A DNA stretch of 64,000 nucleotides, taken from an uncultured Nitrososphaerales archaeon (lineage in GTDB: Archaea > Thermoproteota > Nitrososphaeria > Nitrososphaerales > Nitrososphaeraceae). Made by a program: the position numbers and the translations under genes. This document shows, piece by piece, positions 21,334 through 32,276 of the stretch (the stretch's first letter is position 1; each line of letters begins with the position of its first letter). The notes under the pieces were generated by a model. That model saw nothing but the letters and a program-made list of their open reading frames with translations. It ran no database searches and had not been told where the DNA came from. Location: the NCBI GenBank assembly GCA_963713605.1, contig CAVQMO010000003.1:128001-192000 (forward strand). The letters are read 5' to 3'.

Positions 21334-21573
21334 ATGACTTTTGCAATAGTGGCAGCAGTAGCAGTAATGCTCGTTGCATCATCAGCAGCAGTAGCAACAG
21401 AAGACGCATTTGCAGGCACGAAAAAGAAGAAAGAATACAACCAAACACTGTCACAAGCAAATGCTTGTGGAAATGGTAAACTACCATTGAACGTGTTCTG
21501 CTCAAATAGTGGTTCACAGATTCAAGGCGATGAGAGCGCAGTCAGTGTTTCATCTTATCAAGCAGGCAGTTAA
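21334..21573 (+). CDS. Small secreted two-Cys Q/N-rich peptide (family member 3); alternative start 21241
   Basis: Signal peptide ending DAFA; SQANACGNGKLPLNVFCSNSGSQIQGDESAV. Confidence 0.85.
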   Translation: MTFAIVAAVAVMLVASSAAVATEDAFAGTKKKKEYNQTLSQANACGNGKLPLNVFCSNSGSQIQGDESAVSVSSYQAGS

Positions 21574-21887
21574 AACGAGGACTGTACACCGATAAAAAGG
21601 CTAGCGCCAAAAATCCTTTCTCTTTTTTCGTTCATTTCAATATATTTGTGCGTCAGAAATGTATGTTCAACCAGGGTTTATCGAAATACGTCAAATCCGT
21701 AAGTACTTTCCTGGAATCAAGTATTAATTCTCATATGACTGATTCAACCTTTCTGTCTAGAATCGAATCAGTTAAACTGTGATGGCCCGCCATTTATAAA
21801 CACACGGACTGGAATATCTTGAATGACGTATAAGCATATATTATTTATGTGTTAGTATATACGTAATAGGATTGATACCCCAGGGAT

Positions 21888-22253
21888 ATGAATAACTTTT
21901 TCTCAAAAACTAATCGAGAGCTTTTTTTGTATCAACTGAAATGGTTAGCAGTTTTTATGGCCATAGGTTTTATTATAATATATTTGTTTGAATTTCCTCT
22001 TGATCTTATAATGCTAATAATAGCATTCATTATAATCAATATTTACAAGACAAGGGTAATGCTGAAAAAACTTGGCATTTTGAATGACAGCAATGTGAAA
22101 GATATTAGGGGTTTCATTAAATCATTATTTAGGTCACCCGTTTCATCTATGGATAGTAACACTTCAGTAAGATACTATTGTATGTCATGTGGAAACGAGC
22201 ACAAAGAAATTGCATGTCCTAAATGCGGTTCAAAGATGAAGAGAGTAGGATGA
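21888..22253 (+). CDS. Two-TM membrane protein with C-terminal zinc ribbon
   Basis: YYCMSCG...CPKCGSKMKR. Confidence 0.8.
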   Translation: MNNFFSKTNRELFLYQLKWLAVFMAIGFIIIYLFEFPLDLIMLIIAFIIINIYKTRVMLKKLGILNDSNVKDIRGFIKSLFRSPVSSMDSNTSVRYYCMSCGNEHKEIACPKCGSKMKRVG

Positions 22254-22809
22254 AATTTTTGACTTCTGATTTTGAACTCTAGTACCAGGTAGTATCCAGA
22301 ACTCTTTCACATCAATCGTTATCCAATCTGATGTATCATCTGGTAAATCTATGAAGAACCTCTCTACCAACGTCAATTGGATCCTTGACGATTACTATGA
22401 CGGTACAAGGATTTGAGTTGGGTGAAGTTAGGTTCTATGTCCGAGTTCACTCTTCATTGTAACGTTAAACGGTAACGACAATTGTTGTATTACTCTTTGG
22501 TTATCACGAAATGATTTTCGTCATGTTCACCATTGTTGTTCAATGATCCTTGATGTTATTACAAATTAAAAATAAGGAGCCGAGCCCCGTGAAGATATGA
22601 AGGAGAGCTGTCCAAAATGCTATCAGATTTCAATCCATACCGGAGCAGACTTTTATTTAGAACAATCGTATGAGCTTGCTTCATAGTGTGAAGATAGGTA
22701 AAAAAATATGTTTTTAGTCTACGTTACTTCATGACAAATCTCATCTGGTTCTATTTTCTTAGCCAACCAAAGAATTGGTTCTGCCTTTTATTTTGCAGTT
22801 ATATTATGA

Positions 22810-23337
22810 TTATTCTCGAACTTTGAAAGCAACAACATTATCCGTTACCTCGAATTCAGGTTCGTTAGCTAAAGACAATTCAGCAAAGACGTAACGAAAT
22901 ACCCTTTCAAAATAAAGCGACCATCTTCTTCCCATTTCATGTTGGATCACAAGGCGATGATTTCTGTCATGATCCGTTGTGTGATACGAATATTGAAATC
23001 CCGATACCCTAAGCCATGATTCGATTGTCTGAAGAAAGGAGTTTAGATTGTGCTCTCCTCTTAATAAGAGTGTCAAATCTTTCATTTCATTCTTTGCAAT
23101 GTGTTCAGAAAGCTTTTCCACTTCCTCTTCCTCAAGTTGATTCATCATTATTATTAGCAATGACTTGGGGATTGAGACCATGCCTGATGTAGAGGCATAT
23201 GCATCATATTCCGCATGAGTGGTGAATACCTGAGTAGCCAATGTGTTTAGGCTAATTCTTTTCTGCGCTGCTTCATGCTTCAACTTATTGAGAATATCGC
23301 TTCTAAATCTAAGAGTAATGCTGCCTACTTCCAACAC
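22810..23337 (-). CDS. Ribbon-helix-helix regulator with C-terminal putative ligand-binding domain
   Basis: SITLRFRSDILNKLKHEAAQKRISLNTL; IQHEMGRRWS; paralog of the 23553 gene. Confidence 0.8.
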   Translation of the reverse strand: MLEVGSITLRFRSDILNKLKHEAAQKRISLNTLATQVFTTHAEYDAYASTSGMVSIPKSLLIIMMNQLEEEEVEKLSEHIAKNEMKDLTLLLRGEHNLNSFLQTIESWLRVSGFQYSYHTTDHDRNHRLVIQHEMGRRWSLYFERVFRYVFAELSLANEPEFEVTDNVVAFKVRE

Positions 23338-23552
23338 TCATTATTATTCTCAATCTTTTCCAAATTCTTTTCCCAGGTTATTATTAGGATAATGTATGAG
23401 TTTAAATACTTTACGCCCAATTGCCATAATAATATTGCAAAGCACCCAGAGAATTGCAGAATACATCTATTGCCAGGCTTATTATTATATTTTAGAATTT
23501 AATTGCATATAAAGCGCAATCTCTAAGAAGGGCGACCGAGACTTTATCCTAT

Positions 23553-24089
23553 ATGACTATGAGCTTACCTAAGACGTCCACTAATTGTGTTACATTCAGA
23601 ATCCCCATTCAGAAGCTGGCTGACCTACGCACGGAATCGGAGGCTAAACAAGTCAGTTTTAATACTTTAGTTAATCAAATTATCAAAGAGCATCTTGAAT
23701 GGCACACTTTAGCTTCCCAGGCTAAGCTATACTATATGCCAAAGTCATTCTTAATGAGAGTAATTGAACAGCTAGCTGAAGAAGAACTAGATGAATTAGC
23801 ACGAGACACGGCAAAAAATGATATCGTAGATGTAAGCCTCTTTTTGCGAGGAAGCTTTACGCTCTCTTCCTTATCCAATATAACCGAAACTTGGTTAAGA
23901 ATATCACGGATACCTCATAGATTTGAAACTCATGAGGATCATGATAGGATCATTATTGAACATGATATGGGATTCAAATATTCCTATTTCATCAGGCAAA
24001 TCGCAAGATATGTTCTAGAAGTAGCATTGGAAGCAAAGATGTCATGCGATATCACCGATAACACTGTTGTCCTCAAACTTTACCAGTAG
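23553..24089 (+). CDS. Ribbon-helix-helix regulator, divergent paralog of the 22810 gene
   Basis: VTFRIPIQKLADLRTESEAKQVSFNTLVNQII; IEHDMGFKYS. Confidence 0.8.
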   Translation: MTMSLPKTSTNCVTFRIPIQKLADLRTESEAKQVSFNTLVNQIIKEHLEWHTLASQAKLYYMPKSFLMRVIEQLAEEELDELARDTAKNDIVDVSLFLRGSFTLSSLSNITETWLRISRIPHRFETHEDHDRIIIEHDMGFKYSYFIRQIARYVLEVALEAKMSCDITDNTVVLKLYQ

Positions 24090-24137
24090 ATGCACATGTA
24101 TGTACAAATGCCAAAGTAATAATTATGGAGTACTGCC

Positions 24138-25319
24138 TTGACACTCATATCTCCAACCAATGAAAATGCAAGTCATCTAATAGGGATTTATTCAAACTTA
24201 GGTGAAGAGCTCGATGATGCCTTTCGTTTTCTTAAGCCCGCTCTGGAAAACAATGAAGCTATCCTTCTAATAATTGATGAAAGTTTGGATAGGAGCACAG
24301 TCTATAACCGAATGAAAGAGGAATGGAATATTAGTGCAGATGAAATAAATGCCCTCGAAAATAAAGGTGATTTAATAGTAGTAAGTTCTTCTCAGTGGTT
24401 TCAATCTGGCAAAGGACGAAGAACTCTAGATAGAGAGCTGATCGAACATTCATGGAATGAGCTAGTTACGAAATTGTCTAGGAACAGAAAAAGAGCGGTG
24501 AGAGCATTTGTAAGTACTTGTTTATTCTTTAGACTGGGAATGAAAGGAGAATTTCTAGAATTTGAATATCTAATTCCGCCCAAAATTGATTATCCACTAA
24601 TTGTAGTGTGTGCATATCAAACCTCCGATCTCTTAACCTATTTGACAAAGGAGGAGATTAGAAGCCTATGCTCATGTCATTCGTTGATATCTATATCTAA
24701 CCGCTATAACATCATTGATGACCCACCCAATAATGAACACATTCTTCTCTTGTACGATAATGAGGATGAGCGAGATAAACTCGCTACAAAGTACATCAAC
24801 GAGGGATTAAAACGTGGACAGCTTTGTGTATATGCCAGTGTTATGAACCCTGACAGCAGAACTCTAAATGACACATTAAAGTCAAGAATTTTAGACCTTG
24901 ATAACAATATAAAAGAAGGAAACTTGTTACTCGTTAAGTTATCGGAACACTATGTTGGAGTGTTGGCCGGTGATTTGGAACCATTTAATACGATGGAAAG
25001 GGAACTGACCGACCGAGCCAAAATCAGACAAGACAAACACGTGCGAATTGTAGCAGATTGCGCTGGTTTCTTGTACGAAAATAAACATTTTGACGAATGT
25101 GTAGAATTAGAGCAATGGTGGCATCAAAAGCCGTTCGAAGGATCCTATTTATGTCCTTTCCGAAATTCCTTATGTGATAAGTTTCCATATAACTATTATA
25201 AGTATAGAGTCTTTGGTAATCACGATGTCATAATCGATGAGCATGGATTGCTCATAGGGTGTTACATACCTCGTGCATCCACATCGATTAATTCAATTCT
25301 TCATTTGTCAGTTGCTTAA
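24138..25319 (+). CDS. Tandem MEDS-domain sensory protein
   Basis: Two copies of the H..Y....E......F/Y...GL...E/Q pattern, ending in CAY / CPF, typical of MEDS. Confidence 0.8.
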   Translation: MTLISPTNENASHLIGIYSNLGEELDDAFRFLKPALENNEAILLIIDESLDRSTVYNRMKEEWNISADEINALENKGDLIVVSSSQWFQSGKGRRTLDRELIEHSWNELVTKLSRNRKRAVRAFVSTCLFFRLGMKGEFLEFEYLIPPKIDYPLIVVCAYQTSDLLTYLTKEEIRSLCSCHSLISISNRYNIIDDPPNNEHILLLYDNEDERDKLATKYINEGLKRGQLCVYASVMNPDSRTLNDTLKSRILDLDNNIKEGNLLLVKLSEHYVGVLAGDLEPFNTMERELTDRAKIRQDKHVRIVADCAGFLYENKHFDECVELEQWWHQKPFEGSYLCPFRNSLCDKFPYNYYKYRVFGNHDVIIDEHGLLIGCYIPRASTSINSILHLSVA

Positions 25320-25972
25320 ACTCTTTCCTAGACGCTGAAACCCTATGCGAATATTAATAAATATTAAGCTGATTCCTAAATTTATTAGCTAAAAAAGGTG
25401 AGGACGGATTAGGGTTAAGGAAATTACAACATACAGACAGCAATACCTTTATAATTTTATAATTAAATAATTTAATATTCTTAGTACAATTGTCTAAGAT
25501 AAAAAAGGGAGCAGATTATGCTGGAGACGAGATTAAGGGAGGTGCAAAAGTTTGTATTTGACAAACTAATAAAAGTCAGTATAGGGGGCCTTAAGACGCA
25601 TGTGTCTCCATTTGTGACCTTATCTAGGTTAAATGGTTACAACTTTTCGAAATATCCAAACTAACAATTCATACACCTTCTATGACACGCGGTAGCAAGA
25701 ATATGCACTAGGAATCACTGTCAGTTTTAATTTTAATTTTAATTTTATTAAGCCTAAGTTAAAAAGTTCTACTCCTTTTAACAACACAATTTCAAGGTTT
25801 AGCACTATCTCAAGTTAACAGAATCTCAACTCATTAGAAAATATAGAATCACTGACAAATGTCTTCATTGTCTGGAGGTATTAGCATAAACAGAGAACGA
25901 TGTGCAGCCTATCCAAATTGCTAAAGAATTGATGCCTGTATAGATATTTTGGGAGTTGCACTCGATAGTTGA

Positions 25973-27090
25973 CTATGGTGAACTTGATGTTCCTGTGGTT
26001 CCTGTGGTTCCTGAGTTGACACCATTGCCCCCTACATTGAGAATTTCTACTACATTCGCGAAGGAAATATCTGGCTCAGGTCCCCCGCCAATTACGTAGA
26101 TCTTGTCTCCTATATCAGCGGCTGCCAACCCATGTCTTGCAATTGGCATGGAAGGACCAGACGTCCATGAATCAGGTACTGGGACTGTATATTTCCGTAT
26201 TATCAAAAGTCTTCTCTGGAGCTTCTCCTCCGAATACATATATCTCTCCATTATTGGGAACTGTTGCAGCCAGCTATTCCTCCTCTAGCGGTTGGCATTG
26301 GTGTTTTTGCGGTCCATGTGTCAGTGTTTGGATCATATGCTTCGTTATTATCTATATTAGACGATTTGCCCTTTGGTCTTCCACCTATTACATATAAAAT
26401 ATCATCAACGACTCCTGATGCCATATGCTGTCTTGGTGTTGGCATGTTCGCTTTACTAGTCCATGTAGATGTAGCAGGATCATATGCCTCATTTACTGTC
26501 AATGGATTATTATCGTCTGTCCCGCCAACGGCATATAAGACATTACCTATGAATTGAGCGGTTAGTGCAGCTCTCGCAGTAGGCATTGGTTCCCCTTCTT
26601 GCCATGCATCAGTGGCAGGATCATATATGAACAATTTGTTTGACGGAATCTTGTTGTCCAGGTAGCCTCCCATAAGATAGATTTTACCATCCAGAGCTGC
26701 CGCAGCGGCGTGATTTAGATTGACAGGTACAGGTGCAGCAGTCGTCCATGTATCCGTTTTAGTGTCATACACTTCGACGCTATTCTTATTCCTTTTTCCA
26801 GTTTCGCCGTAACCAGCGATTATATAGATCTTGTCACCTATTGTGGTGTATGCAGATTCCATTTTTGGCGTTGGACTGCTTGCACCATTACTCCAAGCGG
26901 TAGAGGTAGAGGTAGAGGTAGAGGTTGGATTGGAAGATTCTCCAGTATTCCCCTCACTGCCAGTCGTAGCCAGAGCTGAGTTATATTTTGTCAACATATC
27001 TTTACCATATGAACCAGTAGTACTAGGCTCAACTATCAAAAAAAGAATCAACACTATAACAGTAATTGTCGTGATACTTGTTTTATTCAT
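25973..27090 (-). CDS. Secreted Kelch-repeat beta-propeller, split by two +1 frameshifts (near 26271 and 26175)
   Basis: Repeated IY.IGG...E.YDP.TD.W...PMPT.R units; removing two bases restores GGIAAATVPNNGEIYVFGGE...YSPSTDSWTSGPSMP. Confidence 0.85.
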
Positions 27091-27265
27091 ATCCGTATAT
27101 GCGACACATTAATGCAGTGACGGTTATAATTCCCTTTTGTTTTTTGTTCTTGAGATGTGTCGATACAATGATGATAAGGTGAGTAAATAACGTGTACTGA
27201 AATTTTTCTGGGAGAGAGAAAGCAGCGTTGTCATACCTTTAAATGGACGTACTTATAGACATTTA

Positions 27266-28387
27266 TTGAATGGGTTGATTGAGAATCAAGCAATAAAGCA
27301 CGTCCAAAGACAATCTATATCTAAATCAGTAACCTTTGCGGCAGCAGCATCATTATTATTATTGATTCCCTTCATTCTCCATATTTTACAGTTCATCTCT
27401 ATTCTGCCTGCCTATGGTATGACGCAGAAGATGAATATGTCTGAGACTGAAATTGGTACAGAGTTATATCATAATAGTGACATTATTTCTACACGTGGAC
27501 ATTTTAATTACCATTCAGCAGGACAATTGATTCAAGGTCATAATATAACAGATTATGCATATAGTAGTGATCTAGCTGATAATAACATCAGTAAAATATC
27601 AAATAAATTCACGTGTCCTCCAGAGAAGGAAATTGCTATTTACATTCATGGTGCTTGGTTGGATGAACAAGCAGCCAATGAGCAATTTAATAGAACCACT
27701 ATGTCACTAATCAGTAATAATTATATGATCCCTTTAATGGGTTTCAACTGGGACTCTAACACGCCAATAAATAAGGGCGGTTGGGAAATCGCAAAAAATA
27801 TAGCAGAAAAGAATGGACCCAAACTTGCACAATTTGTTCTTGATTTCAAGAATAAATGCATGGATACGGATATTAGGTTCATTGCCCATTCTCTGGGCGC
27901 AGAAGTAGTCAACAGTACTCTAGCAAGCTTGAGTAGTAATCAACAACGGGATGAAAAGAGTGGTTTGAATATAACATCAATACACCTGCTTGGTGCGGCT
28001 ATTGATAGAAGTTCAGTTGCAGCAAATACAACATTTGGGAAAACTATTGATAAGATGGTAGGTGATTTCTATAACTTACGCAATTCTGAAGATAACATGC
28101 TTGAGTATGTCTATAGATTTGTTGAGAAACGTGATGCACTTGGATTACTAGGAATATCCCACAGTATGCCTCTACCAAAGAATTACTTTGAACGAGAAGT
28201 AAACTCTGAAATACCCCCTATTCAAGACGTAGACGGAAATAGTAAACTTGATTGTTTTGATTTTTTTGTTATTTTGCCAGGGGACAACCATTGTGGATAT
28301 ATAGGCGCTAGAGGCCTTTCTCCATTTGAAACTATACCAAGAAATGATGGAGCAATAGATATAATAGTACAAGACTGGTCAGAGTAA
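27266..28387 (+). CDS. Secreted alpha/beta hydrolase, paralog of the 1732 gene
   Basis: HGAW, NGPKLA, AHSLG, HLLGAA, GDNHCGYIG. Confidence 0.8.
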   Translation: MNGLIENQAIKHVQRQSISKSVTFAAAASLLLLIPFILHILQFISILPAYGMTQKMNMSETEIGTELYHNSDIISTRGHFNYHSAGQLIQGHNITDYAYSSDLADNNISKISNKFTCPPEKEIAIYIHGAWLDEQAANEQFNRTTMSLISNNYMIPLMGFNWDSNTPINKGGWEIAKNIAEKNGPKLAQFVLDFKNKCMDTDIRFIAHSLGAEVVNSTLASLSSNQQRDEKSGLNITSIHLLGAAIDRSSVAANTTFGKTIDKMVGDFYNLRNSEDNMLEYVYRFVEKRDALGLLGISHSMPLPKNYFEREVNSEIPPIQDVDGNSKLDCFDFFVILPGDNHCGYIGARGLSPFETIPRNDGAIDIIVQDWSE

Positions 28388-28504
28388 TAATAACAATAAC
28401 AATAGCCGAGAACGGGTTTGTATTGGGTAATTAGTTTATTTTAGATCAAGAATAATAAAAAAATTCTGCAATTTGCTGCAGAATCATCGTAAATTGCTAA
28501 ACAC

Positions 28505-29320
28505 TCAGTTTTGACTTTCTGGCATTACAGTTCTTTGTATCTCTAGATCATAGATTCTTTGTAACATTGGGTGAATTTGAACGTGTACGATATCCATCAT
28601 AGCTTCAGGCAAGGCCTTTACATTGACCGCCTCTCCAAGTTTTTCAAGGCTGTTTTCCAATGTATCAAGGTTGGTGGTTTCATTGACAAGTGACCTTGGA
28701 CGTAGTTGAGTACTGAATTGGTCCTTAATATTACTGGAAAGAAGCTTAGCTGTTTCGTAGTCATCCATATTTACTAACACTAAGTTGCCATTAGTAATAT
28801 TTGTAGTTCTCATCATATCCATAGAATGAGAAGAACTATTATCCATTTTTCGCATCGTCATTATATCCATGTTCATCATATTTGACATATTGGTCATGTC
28901 ATATCCTACAGCAAAAGCGCTTCCGTATTTTCTTAAAATATCGTCAACTATATTTGCAACCACTAAAGCGAGAGTAGTAGAATTTTTTTGCCCTTGGTCG
29001 TATACTTGAGTAATATCTGATGATGGAGGATTGGTTTGCGTCATATTGCTTTCCAGATCTTTCATTAACTCGGCAGCATTTCTTGCATGTTCATGAGCTG
29101 AGAAATTCTCGTTAGACAGAAAACTATTAATTACAAGTTGCGTTTCAGTTTTTATTTGTTCGACTAATGTAACCAACGATGATTCATCTGTAGTAGAAAA
29201 GTCATGCGCATACGCTTTCCGACCATGACGGTTATCCTCAAGGCTCATATTCGCTGCCAATGATAAAGTCAAAAGGAATCCAAGAATGGCAACAACATTT
29301 TTGTTCACAAGCATGACCAT
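28505..29320 (-). CDS. Secreted helical protein with Met-rich segment, putative copper-binding
   Basis: Signal ending AYA-H; HEHA; MTNMSNMMNMDIMTMRKM...HSMDMM; HVQIHP. Confidence 0.7.
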   Translation of the reverse strand: MVMLVNKNVVAILGFLLTLSLAANMSLEDNRHGRKAYAHDFSTTDESSLVTLVEQIKTETQLVINSFLSNENFSAHEHARNAAELMKDLESNMTQTNPPSSDITQVYDQGQKNSTTLALVVANIVDDILRKYGSAFAVGYDMTNMSNMMNMDIMTMRKMDNSSSHSMDMMRTTNITNGNLVLVNMDDYETAKLLSSNIKDQFSTQLRPRSLVNETTNLDTLENSLEKLGEAVNVKALPEAMMDIVHVQIHPMLQRIYDLEIQRTVMPESQN

Positions 29321-29545
29321 TACTTATCATTAATAAATTTGTTAACCGTTTGGCTGCTTATTGCGTTATCATGGATGAGATTCGTCTTGTTATTTGTATG
29401 TAAAGTCTAGATGTCATATGCTTGCACAAAGAGCACCAAACTTCATTCCCAAGTCCTGGTCTCTAATAATCCGCTATATCCTACCCCTCCCCTTATATTC
29501 TTCAATTCATATTCATTGTCAGGCACAGGGAAAACGGAAAGAGGC

Positions 29546-29878
29546 ATGCTACTCATTCAGTTATCAGATCTGCATATTGGAGGGACTTATTTCAAACAAG
29601 AAATATTTGATAATATCGTTTATGAAGTCAAAAATAAGTTAAAACCAGATGTAATACTAATAACAGGCGACTTAACTGATGAAGGGCTAAGACCATGGTT
29701 ATGGAATCTTGAAACTATGGACATCATCTATGCAGGAACCGCATCATCAACCAGATTTAGAGGATTCACCAAGAATACTTACAATATTCTAGATATTAGA
29801 AGTAACGGAAAAGTTATTATTGACCTGAAAATAGTTGGTGGCAAAAGAATTCCCCTTGTAAACATTACAAGGAAGTGA
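29546..29878 (+). pseudogene. Metallophosphoesterase with large in-frame internal deletion
   Basis: SDLH and TGDLTD motifs join directly to C-terminal RPWLW...AGTASS; GNHD and GHxH motifs are missing. Confidence 0.75.
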
Positions 29879-30274
29879 AAGGGAAACTGTATTTCGATTA
29901 AGAAGATTACCAATCATTCCTATTGAATTCTCAGCTGAAATTGGTGGCGAGGGATCTTAAATGCTTACTAATTTTTGCTACCTCATTTATAAGCAGCTCC
30001 CGTGTCTGAAAGGTAATGTGCCTTGAAGGTTAAAAGCACCTCATTTACCTACTATTACAAAACAATCAATTTCTTACATGACATACCTGTTTTAGGTTGG
30101 CTAGTACAACAATGAATATTACATAGGGTATAAAGCAGATAGCAGTACCTGTAGTCATCGGAGTACGACGTGATTTAGCATGCCGACGACATGGACGTAT
30201 AATTTTATGTGACAGCTCTGCTCCTGCTCTATAAAGGTACAAGTGTAGAATAATAGACTAGAATAATAATTAAG

Positions 30275-30294
30275 TAGAAAAATTGATTTTTCTA
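30275..30294. promoter_or_regulatory. Perfect 9-bp inverted repeat upstream of beta-helix gene
   Basis: TAGAAAAAT-TG-ATTTTTCTA. Confidence 0.35.
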
Positions 30295-30417
30295 GTAAAG
30301 CCTTATCGTCAATAACTTGAATGAATATTTATAATCGAATGCAATCAATCATAGATTTAGTACTGTGCATGCATCCATATATATAATACAGATTCTTTGA
30401 TTCTGGTTGATTAAGAA

Positions 30418-31233
30418 ATGGAACTAGAAGGCAAACGTAGTAGTATATCATCCATGATAGCGGCATCAGTATTGGTCACGCTAATCACATTGAGCACACT
30501 GACAATAGGTACAGCAACACCCGCGACTGCACAACAAGGTGGTGGGACTCCTCCAGGAGCATCAACAAACGCAGCATGTGGACAAGTGGTAAGCGGAGTA
30601 GTAAATCTAACTGCAAATCTTAACTGCAATAGTGGAGATGGTATCATAGTAGGTGGTCCAAACACAGTAATTAACATGAATGGATTCTCAATCACAGGAC
30701 CTGGACAGGACAGCTCTAAAGTTGGGATTATGGTACCAAATGTTGATAATGTAGTAGTAAATGGACCTGGTTCACTCAGCAACTTCCAAGCAGGAGTACT
30801 TCTTACTGGAGCAAATGGATTTACGATTAATTCTGTCATACTATCTAACAACCAGATAGGTACATTTATGACAGGAGCTGAAAATGCACAAGTAAAACAA
30901 AACATCATACAGGGTAATAGTATAGGTGTAGCATCTCACTCAAGTACAGGTGGTGCTATAGACTCAAACCTTATGAATGGCAACTTGCTAGCAGGAATAA
31001 CATTTGTCAACACACAACAGTCCAGTGTAGGAATGAACAATGTAGTTGGAAGTCAGAATGGAGTATTTCTAGATGGACAGAGCAAACAGAATACAATATC
31101 AGCAAATAACGTACTTGAGAATGTAATTGACCTTAACAATGCAAACGGACTACCAACAAACATCAACGCAAATCAATATGTGGACAACAGCTGTCAGACA
31201 AGTAATCCAAGTGGTCTGTGTATAGGAAGGTAG
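30418..31233 (+). CDS. Secreted right-handed parallel beta-helix protein
   Basis: Signal peptide; ACGQVV..V.LTANLNC, GI....N.I..N repeats; terminal Cys pair. Confidence 0.85.
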   Translation: MELEGKRSSISSMIAASVLVTLITLSTLTIGTATPATAQQGGGTPPGASTNAACGQVVSGVVNLTANLNCNSGDGIIVGGPNTVINMNGFSITGPGQDSSKVGIMVPNVDNVVVNGPGSLSNFQAGVLLTGANGFTINSVILSNNQIGTFMTGAENAQVKQNIIQGNSIGVASHSSTGGAIDSNLMNGNLLAGITFVNTQQSSVGMNNVVGSQNGVFLDGQSKQNTISANNVLENVIDLNNANGLPTNINANQYVDNSCQTSNPSGLCIGR

Positions 31234-31254
31234 TAAAGGATAGCAAGAAGTAAC

Positions 31255-31304
31255 CATCGGCCGTTCTACGGTCGATAATGTTATTCCAAACACTACTTTT
31301 TTTT
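31255..31304 (+). terminator. Hairpin and T-tract after beta-helix gene
   Basis: ATCGGCCGT-TCT-ACGGTCGAT stem-loop followed by a T7 run. Confidence 0.45.
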
Positions 31305-31821
31305 GCTTAGTTGAACCTCTCATATTTTTGAACTTTAAATCAGTTGACCCTGATCGTCATAAGAACGCCGTCTTTGTCTTTATCTTGGGATGCTCTATTT
31401 ACTATCTTAATGACTATCGTTTTCTGCATTTTTATTTGGTATCTTTATTGTCCTTTTATGCAGTATTACGAAAAAATTAAAACTTCAAACAAGGTCAATG
31501 TCAATTATTCACATACGAATTCTTTGTTCTTTATCCAACATTCAAATATTTAGGTAGAGAATGATCATATTAAGGGAAATCCCTGTGTGTAGATCAAATT
31601 GGCTGCGATCAATGCGATAACGACACTTCTATCACTCTAGGTCGCAATATTTTTTCAAGAAATATTTACTGATTTGAATCATGGTATTGTGATGATTAAT
31701 CTATTAGCATCATCCTACTACAACTAACTATCTCGATAGCATATTTGTTCATCACTACAATTACTTACTCATGAATACTTATTAAGCAGAAATATTTTTA
31801 TCTCAAAAATAGTTTCAAATT

Positions 31822-32022
31822 TCAGATCCTAACAATTTGATGGTTGTCTCTGCTTCTACTCTTAGTTCTTAAGACGTGACTACAACACGGACACCTGGTC
31901 CCTTCGTACTTTATGAACAAACTACATTCAGTGCACCTTTTGAATCCCATGCTGTAACGAGAAATCATGCCCCCTCCTGAAGTCAGAAATTGATTACAAA
32001 TTCCTTTACAACCAATAACCAT
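31822..32022 (-). CDS. Small Cys-rich zinc-finger protein (thaumarchaeal family)
   Basis: CKGIC...RY..G.KRCTEC..FIKYEGTRCPCC..VLRTK. Confidence 0.8.
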   Translation of the reverse strand: MVIGCKGICNQFLTSGGGMISRYSMGFKRCTECSLFIKYEGTRCPCCSHVLRTKSRSRDNHQIVRI

Positions 32023-32276
32023 AGCCGATCGAGACTTTAAAAGAATAAATCATGAATAAATACATTAAGTAACCAAGTTAATCTATTAAGAACAGTAAAT
32101 AGGTTAAATGGTATAAAAAACTATTTCGAAGAAGTATAACAACCTAGAAAGCGCTGTGTAAGTGAATTACAATTGGAGGTCGATAATTTGACGATAATTA
32201 AAGAAAGAAGAATTTTGTTAGATTCAACTTTGATAAATCTAATGTACTAACCTTAACTAGCACAAAGCACAAAGTC

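Noticed and set aside
30011..30050. Twister-ribozyme-like TAATGTGCC...GGTTAAAAGC
   Set aside because: The P2 partner strand and pseudoknot pairings cannot be formed.
30411..30908. 165-aa minus-strand ORF and similar antisense ORFs (e.g. 46615-46974, 55146-55460, 53476-53778, 56333-56788)
   Set aside because: Shadows of real genes or relics on the opposite strand; no independent motifs.
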